DNA of 64,000 bases from Somniosus microcephalus. Taxonomy: Eukaryota. Every line of letters begins with the position of its first letter. The first letter of the stretch is position 1. The notes under the pieces are model-generated. The model made no database searches and was not told the DNA's origin. It was given only the letters and a program-made list of their open reading frames with translations. The position numbers and the translations under genes are program-made. Below, piece by piece: positions 50,266-60,084 of the stretch. The stretch lies in contig CM126216.1 of the NCBI GenBank assembly GCA_052327205.1, forward strand, positions 23,684,001 to 23,748,000. The letters run 5' to 3'.

Positions 50266-53136
50266 GTGCTGCCAATTATAGAGAAAAAAACAAGTCAGCT
50301 TGGTAGACAGGGCAAATATATAAGGGCAAGGCTGGATGGCATCTATTTTAATGCAAGGAGTCTTGCAAATAAGGTGGATGAACTGAAGGTGTTGATAAAC
50401 ACATGGGAGTATGATATTGTTGCTATCACGGAGACATGGTTGAGGGAGGGGCAAGACTGGCAGCTCAATATTCCGGGGTACAGAATCTTCAGGCGAGACA
50501 GAGGGGGAGGTATAAGTGGAGGGGGTGTCGCGATATTAATTAAGGAGTCAATTACTGCAGTAAGGAGGGATGATATATTAGCAGGGTCCTCTAATGAGGC
50601 CATATGGGTGGAGCTTAAAAACAAAAAGGGGGCAAGCACTTTGCTGGGAGTGTACTATAGGCCTCCAAACAGTCAGGGGGAGATAGAGGAACAGATATGT
50701 AGGCAAATCTCAGAGAAATGTGCAAATAATAGGGTGATAATAATGGGGGATTTCAACTTCCCCAATATTAACTGGGATAGTCAGAGTGTGAAAGGCTCAG
50801 AGGGTGTAGAATTCTTAAAGTGCATCCAGGAGAGCTTTTTGAGCCAGCATGTAGAAAGTCCTACAAGAGAGGGGGCGGTACTGGACCTAATTCTAGGGAA
50901 TGTGGCCGGCCAAGTGGAAAAAGTGCTAGTAGGCGAGCACTTTGGTGATAGTGACCATAATATGGTAAGATTTAAGGTGGTCATGGAAAAGGACAGGGAT
51001 GGGCCGGAAATAAAGGTTCTAAATTGGGGGAAGGCCGATTTTAATAGGATAAGGCAGGATCTGGCCAAAATGGACTGGGATCAGCTACTTGTAGGAAAAT
51101 CCGCATCGGAGCAATGGGAGGCTTTCAGAAGGGAGATTGAGATCATACAATGGCAACATGTTCCCGTAAAGGTCAAGAGTGGTTCCAAAAACCACAGGGA
51201 ACCTTGGATGTCAGGGGATATACGAGAATGGATTAAGAAAAAAAGGAGGGCTTTTGGTAGATACAAAAGGCTAAAGACGGAGGAAGCCCTAGAGGAGTAC
51301 AAAAAGTGCAGGGGGATACTTAAAAAAGAAATTAGGAGATCAAGGAGGGGCCATGAAATAACACTGGCGAGCAAAATAAAGGAAAATCCGAAGATGTTTT
51401 ATAAGTATATTAAGGGTAAGAGGATAACTAGGGAAAAAATAGGGCCCATTAGGGACAAAAGTGGCAATCTGTGTGTGGAGCCGGAAGATGTAGGAGGGGT
51501 TCTAAATGAATTTTTTGCATCTGTTTTCACTATGGAGAAGGACGATGTAGACATAGAAATAGGGCGGGGGGACTGTGATATGCTCGAACATATTAACATC
51601 GAGAGGGAGGAGGTATTGGCGGTTTTAGCTGGCCTAAAAATGGATAAATCCCCAGGCCCGGATGAAATGTATCCCAGGCTGCTGTGTGAGGCAAAGGAAG
51701 AGATTGCGGGGGCTCTAACACATATATTCAGGACCTCTCTGGCCACAGGGGATGTGCCAGAGGACTGGAGAACCGCTAATGTAGTACCATTATTCAAGAA
51801 GGGTAGTAGGGAAAAACCGGGGAACTACAGGCCAGTGAGCCTAACATCAGTGGTAGGAAAATTATTGGAAAAAATTCTGAGGGACAAAATTTGTCTCCAC
51901 TTGGAGAGGCAAGGATTAATCAGGAATAGTCAACATGGCTTTGTCAAGGGAAGATCATGTCTGACTAATTTGATTGAATTTTTTGAGGGGGTGACTAGGT
52001 GTGTGGATGAGGGTAACGCAGTGGATGTGGTATACATGGATTTCAGTAAGGCCTTCGATAAAGTCCCGCACAGGAGACTGGTCAAGAAGGTAAGAGCCCA
52101 TGGTATCCAGGGTGCCTTGGCACATTGGATACAAAACTGGCTTAGTGGCAGAAGGCAGAGGGTGATGGTCGAAGGTTGTTTTTGTGACTGGAAGCCTGTG
52201 GCCAGTGGGGTACCACAGGGATCGGTGCTGGGTCCCTTGCTGTTTGTGGTCTACATTAATGACTTGGATATGAATGTAAAAGGTATGATCAGTAAGTTCG
52301 CGGATGATACAAAAATTGGTAGGGTGGTAAATAGCGAGGAGGGTAGCCTCAGTCTGCAGGACGATATAGATGGGTTGGTCAGATGGGCGGAACAGTGGCA
52401 AATGGACTTTAACCCGGAAAAGTGCGAGGTGATGCACTTTGGGGGGACTAACAAGGCAAGGGAATACACAATGAATGGAAAGACCCAAGGCAAGACGGAG
52501 GGTCAGAGGGATCTGGGTGTGCAAGTACACAGATCCCTGAAGGCGGCGGAACAGGTGGATAAGGTGGTAAAAAAGGCATATGGGATACTTGCCTTCATTA
52601 GCCGAGGCATTGAATATAAGAGCAAGGAGGTTATGATGGAGCTGTATAAAACACTGGTTAGGCCACAGCTGAAATACTGTGTGCAGTTCTGGTCGCCACA
52701 CTACAGGAAGGATGTGATCGCATTAGAGAGGGTGCAGAGGAGGTTCACCAGGATGTTACCAGGGCTGGAGCGCTTCAGCTATGAAGAGAGACTGGGCAGA
52801 TTGGGTTTGTTTTCCTTGGAGCAGAGGAGGCTGAGGGGGGACATGATTGAGGTGTACAAAATTATGAGGGGCATAGATAGGATGGATGCTGAGGAGCTTT
52901 TTCCCTTAGTAGAGGGGTCAATAACTAGGGGGCATAGATTCAAGGTAAAGGGCGGGAGGTTTAGAGGGGATTTGAGAAAGAACTTTTTCACCCAGAGGGT
53001 GGTTGGAGTCTGGAACTCACTGCCTGAAAGGGTTGTGGAGGCAGAAACCCTCACAACATTTAAGAAGCATTTGGATGAGCACTTGAAATGCCATAGCATA
53101 CAAGGCTACGGGCCAAATGCTGGAATATGGGATTAG
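50266..53136 (+). CDS. CR1 ORF2p (APE endonuclease plus reverse transcriptase)
   Basis: NARSL, ITETWL, GDFN, SDH, YRPVSL, GVPQGSVLGP, FADD; uninterrupted 956 codons; true start uncertain. Confidence 0.93.
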   Translation: MLPIIEKKTSQLGRQGKYIRARLDGIYFNARSLANKVDELKVLINTWEYDIVAITETWLREGQDWQLNIPGYRIFRRDRGGGISGGGVAILIKESITAVRRDDILAGSSNEAIWVELKNKKGASTLLGVYYRPPNSQGEIEEQICRQISEKCANNRVIIMGDFNFPNINWDSQSVKGSEGVEFLKCIQESFLSQHVESPTREGAVLDLILGNVAGQVEKVLVGEHFGDSDHNMVRFKVVMEKDRDGPEIKVLNWGKADFNRIRQDLAKMDWDQLLVGKSASEQWEAFRREIEIIQWQHVPVKVKSGSKNHREPWMSGDIREWIKKKRRAFGRYKRLKTEEALEEYKKCRGILKKEIRRSRRGHEITLASKIKENPKMFYKYIKGKRITREKIGPIRDKSGNLCVEPEDVGGVLNEFFASVFTMEKDDVDIEIGRGDCDMLEHINIEREEVLAVLAGLKMDKSPGPDEMYPRLLCEAKEEIAGALTHIFRTSLATGDVPEDWRTANVVPLFKKGSREKPGNYRPVSLTSVVGKLLEKILRDKICLHLERQGLIRNSQHGFVKGRSCLTNLIEFFEGVTRCVDEGNAVDVVYMDFSKAFDKVPHRRLVKKVRAHGIQGALAHWIQNWLSGRRQRVMVEGCFCDWKPVASGVPQGSVLGPLLFVVYINDLDMNVKGMISKFADDTKIGRVVNSEEGSLSLQDDIDGLVRWAEQWQMDFNPEKCEVMHFGGTNKAREYTMNGKTQGKTEGQRDLGVQVHRSLKAAEQVDKVVKKAYGILAFISRGIEYKSKEVMMELYKTLVRPQLKYCVQFWSPHYRKDVIALERVQRRFTRMLPGLERFSYEERLGRLGLFSLEQRRLRGDMIEVYKIMRGIDRMDAEELFPLVEGSITRGHRFKVKGGRFRGDLRKNFFTQRVVGVWNSLPERVVEAETLTTFKKHLDEHLKCHSIQGYGPNAGIWD

Positions 53137-53287
53137 ATTAGACAGGGCTTGATGGCCGGCGCGGACACGATGGGCCGAAGGGCCTCTATCCGTGCTGTAT
53201 TACTCTATGACTCTAACGCTCCTCAAGAGATGTCATTCTATTCAGAGCACTCACCATGTTTCCGATACCCTGGCGACTAAACTCCTC

Positions 53288-53492
53288 CATGGCCGCAGCC
53301 GTCCTCTCCTCAGCTGCAGCCGTCCTCTCCTCGGCTGCAGCCCTTCTCTCCTCGGCTGCAGCCCTCCTCTCCTCAGCCACAGCCCTCCTCTCCTCAGACA
53401 CAGCCCTCCTCTCCTCGGCCACAGCCCTCCTCTCCTCGGCTGCAGCCCTCCTCTCCTCGGCTGCAGCCCTTCTCTCCTCGGCTGCAGCCAGC
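53288..53492 (-). repeat. 21-bp coding repeat (AAAEERR)n, about 9 copies, in H2 Myb exon 3
   Basis: cctcctctcctcggctgcagc units on +. Confidence 0.9.
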
Positions 53493-56400
53493 ATTGCCGC
53501 GGAGGTAGCCATCCTTTCCGTGGTGATGCTTTGATGCGCCAATGACTCCAATAAGGCTCTGCTCATTCTCGCCATGGACTCCTCCATTCGCTCCACACTC
53601 ACAGCGACCCTGGAGACAAAACCTGTCAGAGACTCCTGCATCTGTGCATGGAGATCCATCACCTCCTCTCTTGCGGATGGACCCAGAGGCATAGGGTCGA
53701 CATGCAGCTGAGCTGAGCTGGCAGAGCCCTGCGCCCTCCGACGAGGACTCTCCACTGCTGTCCCTGTCTCCACAATCTGCTGATGCTCACTTGTGAGCTG
53801 TGATACACCAGGTGACAACTCTACTCTATGTCCCGAAGGTCCCACCGAGGTGTGAGTGTCTGCGCTGGTGCTGGGTGCGCTTACTTCTGCTGGCGATGCG
53901 CCCTCAGAGGCTGGAGCTTCCTCTGAGGAGTGTGGCTGCAAAGCCTCTTCCTCCTGGGCAGTGGCGGCGGGGGCTCCGGATGGACCTGTGGGGGAGTAAA
54001 GGAAAGAGTTAGAGATGTGATGACAAGGCTACTTGCACATTGGATTTGGCAGATGCTCATAAATTCAAATGATGTGGCTTCAGAATTATATCAGCAACTC
54101 ATGCTATGTCAACGAGAGAGATGGGAAACTTTTCTGTCACCAGCTTGCGGGCTTGCTCCTGTCTCTCCTGCCCCAGCTTCCTCAGGCACGTCAGCCCCAG
54201 CAATCTCCAAAACTGCTTCTTCCCAGGGGGTCAGGTGGGCGAGTGAGGGTGGTCCTCCTCCAGTCTTCGCTCGTTCTCTCCTATTTTGAGCTCTCTTTTC
54301 CTGCAATGAGGGAGACAAGTGGAGTTTGAGTGAGAATGAAGGAGTGAGTGTAGAGAATGCATAGCAAAGATACTTAGAAGGAGACAAAGATGGAGTGAGG
54401 CTGCAAGACCAAGGGCCCTCCCTGTGTGCTGGCAGTTGTGTTACAAACATCAGAATGAGAGGCAGTGTGAGGGCTGCATGGTGGAAGAGTTATGTGAATG
54501 TGAGCATAGAGAGATAGGGAATGGGTAAGGGTGCATGGAAGTGACTGTGAAGTTGGATGTGGAGGAGGTGATAGCTGAAGCTGAGTGCTGTTGGGGAAAG
54601 GCAATGGGGAGCAGCCTGAGGGTGATGGGAACTTCATACTTACTTTTCCTGTGCGGTGCTGGTCATGGAAGCGCTTCCTGCACTGCATCCAGGTATGACG
54701 GGTCACTCCCACAGAGTTCACCTCTTCAGCCACCTGCATCCAGGCAGCCCTGGTCTCTTTGGGAGGCCTCTTCCTCCCTGAGCTAGGGAAGAGGACCTCC
54801 GTGCGGGCCCTAACCCCATCTACCAATGTCTGCAATGATGTTTCGTCGAATGTTGCGGCAGCTCGGCCTCTGCCGCTGGCAGCGGCTGGTGCAGGCTCCT
54901 CTGCCATTCTGATAGGCTGGTTGGGAAGCCTGCAGAGGTGGAGAAGTTTGCTGGACACTTTAAAAGCACCACGAATGATGACATCATATTGTGGGGCGCT
55001 CTGACTGGAAATGGACAATTAGCAAGGGTGCCCACTCGCTGGAAATTAATTGGCCATTCGAGGGAAAATTGCGTGCAGCTGGCTGACCCATTTATATTCG
55101 GGTCGGAACCCGACATTCGGGGAACCCGAAAATTTCCCGCGCGATCAGGAAAATCGGGGCCTTTATAATGCTGCTCCCTACACCCGAGTCTAGGTCATTG
55201 CAATTTTTATAAAAGAGTAGTGGACCAAAAACTGACCCTTGGGGATCACCACTGCAAACCACCTCACAGTTTGAAAAATATCCATCCACCACTACCCTTT
55301 GCTTCCTGTCACTAAGTCAGTCTTGTAGCCATACCGCCACTTTCCCTTTAATTCCATGGGCTTCCATCTTCTAATAAGCCTCCTGTGTGGCACTTTGTCG
55401 AATGCCTTCTGAAACTCCATATATACAACATCTACTGCACTACCTTGATTAACCTTCTCTGTTACCTCATCAAAGAATTCAATCAAGTTATTTAGACACA
55501 ATTTACCTTTAACAAATTTATGCTGGCTCTTCTTGATTAACCTATGCCTTTAAAGTTTATTTTGTCCCTGATAATGGTTTCCAATAACTTCCCCACCACC
55601 GATGTTAGGCTGACTGGCCTGTAGTTTCCTGGTTTATCTCTCTCCCCTTTCTTGAATAGTGGTAAAACATTAGCAACCCTCCAGTCCTCCAGCACTACTC
55701 ATGTATCCAATGAGGATTGATTGATTGTGACCAATGCCTCTGCTATTTTTACCTTTGCTTCTTTCAGCAACCTGGGATGCATTCCATCTGGACCAGGCGA
55801 CTTACCAACCTTCAGTAAAGCTAATCTTACATCTTCTCTATCTATTATTATCCTGTCCATAACTTCCCTCTCCTCTTTGAGTGTAACATTCACCTCATTT
55901 GCTTCCTTTGCGAAGACAAATGCTTTTGCCATGTCCTCTGCCTCTATATGAAGATTTCCTTTTGGGTCCTTAACAGACCCAACATTTTCCCTCGCAAACT
56001 GCTTACACTTTATGGCCTAGAAATTCAGTTGGGCGCGGCAGCCGTTAGCGCCTTAGGAGGAGTAGATTTCGAGCGCTAGGCGCTTAGCGGCCGGGCGCAG
56101 CGCGATCTGCGCCTCGCCCCAACTTCAGTACACATTTAGCGCCGGCGCAAAGTCTTAGCGCGCGCCCTGCTGCACGCGCACATCATGACGTCATTTGCTA
56201 GTGCAACGCCTTTTGTGCTCCCCGAACCGGAACTTCACTCGCGCCGGCCCATTGTGCGCCGGGCGGCCCGAGCGACTGTGAAGTGGAACAGTACACAGCC
56301 CAGCCGGGCCGCGGGGAGCGCAAATTAAAGGGCACTTACCCAGCAGTATAAAGGCCAGCCATTTTGCAGCATTCACTCTTGTGCAACGGTTTTTTGGACA

Positions 56401-56587
56401 GAGACCAAGGAGGAGAGTTTACTGGTTTGGACCAACACTTGGACAGGTATTTTTGGCTCAGGCCAGAGCTTACCAATTATCTTTGCCTTCATTCAGAGCT
56501 CAGTGTTTGCCAGCATATAATGGGGGCTGCATTGGGTGGCAAGGCTGAATTTCAGCCTTATGTCAGAAGGGCTTACAGACGCCGTGA

Positions 56588-57661
56588 GTGGCAGCCCTGG
56601 CTAGACGCAGAGGGGGCAACAGGCGTCGCCAACTGAGGCCTTACCCACGCAGGGTATACCGCCAGCAGACCTCCTATCTGACCATGTCTGCCGCGATGTG
56701 TGTTAGGAGGCTGCGATTCCGAAGGGAGGTGGTTGCAGACATCTGCCGGCTGCTTCAGAGAGATCTGCAGCCACAGCTGATGCGCAGGACGTCTCTGTCG
56801 GTGGCAGTGAAGGTGACGGTGGCTCTCAACTTCTATGCCTGCGGCTCCTTCCAATCCGCTACTGGGGACATCGCTAACATCTCCCAGTTCGCCGTGCATT
56901 GCTGCATCCGCCAGGTGACCAAAGCCCTTTTCAGAAGGAGACATCAATTCATCTCCTTCCCCATGACCCTGGACAAGCAGCAGCAGCATGCAGTGGGGTT
57001 TGCAAGAATAGCGGGCTTCCCCATGGTGCAGGGCGCCATTGACTGCACGCATGTGGCTTTGCGGGCACCTCTTGAGCATGCCGAGGATTACCGCAACCGG
57101 AAGGGCTACCATTCCCTCAATGTACAGCTGGTGTGTGACCACAGGCAGCGCATCCTAGCTGTCAATGCCCGCTTTCCAGGCAGCAGCCACGATGCCTTTA
57201 TCCTGCGACAGACAACTGTGGCTGACATGTTCCAGGCACAGCCTCCCCCAAGAGGATGGCTTATCGGGGACAAAGGCTATCCTTTGTGTACCTGGCTCAT
57301 GACCCCACTCCGCGCGCCCACGACCCCTGCTGAAGAGGCATACAACGAGAGCCATCAAGCGACGAGGAACCTCATAGAACAAACAATCGGCGTGCTCAAG
57401 CAACGGTTCCACTGTCTCGATCGCTCCGGGGGAGCCCTCCAGTATTCGCAGGATCGAGTCTCCCAATTCATCGTCGTTTGCTGCATGCTGCACAACCTGG
57501 CTATCCGCAGGACTCAGGCACTGCCACCTCACGTTGGACCACCACCTCAGGAGGAGAAGCAGGAGGAGCATGAGGACGACGAGGATGAGGAGTACCAGCC
57601 CAGGAGGGACGCACAAGGTCCAAGGGCCGCCCGTCGGCGGCTTATTGAACATCACTTCTAG
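56588..57661 (+). CDS. H3 HARBI1-like DDE transposase (likely original ATG at 56520 is out of frame by 1 nt)
   Basis: GAIDCTH, RKGYHSLNVQLVCD, PGSSHDA, GDKGY, IEQTIGVLKQRF; catalytic acidic residues intact; open 357 codons. Confidence 0.85.
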   Translation: MAALARRRGGNRRRQLRPYPRRVYRQQTSYLTMSAAMCVRRLRFRREVVADICRLLQRDLQPQLMRRTSLSVAVKVTVALNFYACGSFQSATGDIANISQFAVHCCIRQVTKALFRRRHQFISFPMTLDKQQQHAVGFARIAGFPMVQGAIDCTHVALRAPLEHAEDYRNRKGYHSLNVQLVCDHRQRILAVNARFPGSSHDAFILRQTTVADMFQAQPPPRGWLIGDKGYPLCTWLMTPLRAPTTPAEEAYNESHQATRNLIEQTIGVLKQRFHCLDRSGGALQYSQDRVSQFIVVCCMLHNLAIRRTQALPPHVGPPPQEEKQEEHEDDEDEEYQPRRDAQGPRAARRRLIEHHF

Positions 57662-58037
57662 GCCCCCTGTCAGGGAATGGCTTGTGCCAATGATAGAACA
57701 TGATTGCAGCCGCTCCGCAAGCCCTCAGCCGGTTAAGGCAACAAACACTTCAAAGATCAAACATGGACAATGTGAATAAATAAAATGGTTTATTGTACAA
57801 ACTCTGGGCCCTTCCCACATGAAAACCAAAAACAGACGAAACCCCCAAAAAACACTCAAACACATTACTCGCTCCCACAACCTGGAGAGGATTAACAAAA
57901 TAGGGCAACTAAAATGGCCGTCATTCTCGGCCTTCGTCAAAAACAAACATCACATCATCGGCCTTCAAAAAACAAACATCCAATTCTCGGCCTCAAGAAA
58001 CAAACACAAATGGCCACACATTCGACTATTTGGCCCG

Positions 58038-60084
58038 CTAGAGCGATGCCTTGGCCATCTTTGGGTGGCCCCTGCCCGCCCTGCTGCTCTGCCTCAAAGT
58101 AAGGCCATTGGCTGCTGCAAGGCTGGGGGCAGGCTCCTGAGGGGCACATGTCGTGACGGCAGATGCCCTTGGGAGTCGGCCTAGTCGAGGTCTGGCCGTC
58201 GAGCAGGCGGCTGTTGATTGCTGCAGCTGTGGCTGGCCAGCATCAGTCGCTGCAGCAGCTCCTGGCAGCTCCACTGGGGGACTGGCAGTGGCGGCTGGAG
58301 GAATGGCGGCAAGCTGGCGGATGGCAGGCGCTCGCTGGTCACCTGAGACACTGGCACTCGCCCGGGCCAGCACTGCAGCATGCGCACCAATCTGCCGAGG
58401 GACAGACCGCTGTGCTGCTGCAGCGCGCCGGGTGCCCTGGCGATGCCTGGCTGACACAGCGAGTGTGGCAGCAGTGAGTGCCCGTGTTGACCTGTTCACT
58501 GACCGCATCAGAGCAGCCAGTGACTGGACGGCACCACTGATCACCTGGCCAGTCGCTGACAGAGCTGCCCCGAATTCCGCCCGACTCGCTGCCTGATCTG
58601 CCCGGTATTCCGCCCGACTGGTGGCCTCTGAGGGCCCGAACTCGGCCACACTCCGAGAGAGGGAATCGATGGACTCAGGCAACCGTGCCACTGCCGCCAT
58701 GAGCTCCGTGTGCCGGCGCTCCGAGTCCGCGGACAAGTCTTCGAGGCGTTCCATCTCCTCAGCGAAGAGCATCTCCTGACTGGAGGCCGGACTCTCCCTC
58801 TGGGGAGAAGGCTGCCGAGCTGGCCGACCCTTCCTGCGTTGCTGGAGGCCGCTGGGCCCAGCAATTGGACTCCCCTCCGACGCTTCCCCCCTCTGGGGAG
58901 AAGGCCGCCGAGCTTCCACCCCCCTCCCGCCTTTCTGCAGCCCGCAGGTCCCAGGAGCTCCCCTCCCCTTCGACACTTCCGCCACGCTGCCCTCCAGGGA
59001 AGACGTGTCCCCTACATTGGCCTGGGTGGCCGCGGCTGAGGGTTCCCCTGATGGGCCGCCTTCCTCTTGCTCCTCCTCCTGCTCCTCTTTGGAGGGTCTG
59101 TCACTGGCAAGTTCAGGGACCTCCTCTTCACCATCTGAAAGCAGGAAGGCACAAGAGTAGCTTTAGAGTGAGGAGAGGGCGTCAGTGCGGGATGCATGAG
59201 TGGTGGCATTCAGCGCATTGGTCGGACAGTGGCAAAGGATGTAGATCTGATGCGCAAGTGGGACGAGAGGTGCAAAAGGTGATGTCCTTACCATTGCTGC
59301 CCAGAACAGGGTCGGCATCTCCACATGCAACGGGCCCAATCACCCGGCCACCCATGAGGCGCTCCACGCGATGTTGCAGGTCGGTGAGTGGCTGGATATG
59401 GGGTCGGCCTCCTCCGGTCGCAGTCCGGCTCTTGCGATTATTTGCCAGCTTGGCCTGCAAGAGAAAGGACGGCCTCTAAGTACAGTGTGTCGCCGTGATC
59501 TTGTGTGCACTGCCTCCCATGGTGGAATAGCTTGGCCAGTGTGTCGCCATGATCTGGTGTGCACTACCTCCCATGGTGGAATAGCCTGGCCAGTGTGTCG
59601 CCATGATCTGGTGTGCACTGCCTCCCATGGTGGAATAGCCTGGCCAGTGTGTCACCATGATCTGGTGTGCAATGCCTCCCATGGTGGAATAGCTTGGCCA
59701 GTGTGTTAAGTGCAGAAAGTGCAATTGATGCTCATGCCTGTCCCATAGCTGCTGGATGAAGGCTGGCCATTAGAGTTTTCAGGTCCCTTTGCCCATAATG
59801 TGAGGTGCACATGCAAGGATGAGGAGGTCACTGGAAAGGGTACTCACCCTGACAATGCGTGTGAGGTCATTTAACTTTTTGCGGCATTGGGCACCGCTCC
59901 TGGGGACGTCGCTGTTGGCTGACAGCTTGGTGGTGACATGCCTCCAGGCTCTCCTGTAGACGCGGACCGTCGCCTTCTTGCCATTGTCCGGGTACAAAAC
60001 ATGGCGCCTCTTCTCCACAGCAGCAAGCAGCACACTCAGATCATGCTCTGAGAAGCGCTGCGCACGTTCACGGGCCTTCTCCAT
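58038..60084 (-). CDS. H3 Myb/SANT-like DNA-binding protein (exons 60084-59848, 59454-59292, 59134-58038; 498 aa)
   Basis: RFSEHDLSVLLAAV...AWRHV...RSGAQCRKKLNDL. GT-AG introns; 237+163+1097 = 1497 nt spliced in one open frame. Confidence 0.85.
59483..59705. repeat. 54-bp tandem repeat (4 copies) in H3 Myb intron 1
   Basis: Unit cagtgtgtcgccatgatctggtgtgcactgcctcccatggtggaatagcctggc. Confidence 0.92.

Larger units (their letters stand above)
48382..53215 (+). mobile_element. Full-length CR1 LINE
   Basis: 5' tandem monomers, ORF1, ORF2, and 3' UTR ending tactctatgactcta. Confidence 0.94.
47918..54907 (-). pseudogene. H2 Myb/SANT-like gene (exons 54907-54644, 54300-54141, 53985-53216 plus 48381-47918)
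   Basis: ATFDETSLQTLVDGV...AWMQVAEEVN...QCRKRFHD motif, GT-AG introns of phase 0 and 1. Exon 3 is split by a CR1 between EER and WASIE. Confidence 0.87.
45832..55161. mobile_element. PIF/Harbinger element H2 (contains a full-length CR1)
   Basis: TIRs ggccacgattttcc / ggaaaatcggggcc (13/14), TSD TTT/TTT, transposase (+) and Myb gene (-) convergent. Confidence 0.92.

Noticed and set aside
50343-53099. Antisense ORFs over CR1 ORF2 (and over other LINE, Gypsy and Harbinger ORFs)
   Set aside because: Shadow frames of the sense coding sequence with no independent motifs.
56588-57661. Domesticated host HARBI1 or NAIF1/MSANTD genes
   Set aside because: The ORFs lie between TIRs with TSDs, interrupt a CR1 and occur as several decayed copies, so they are transposon genes.
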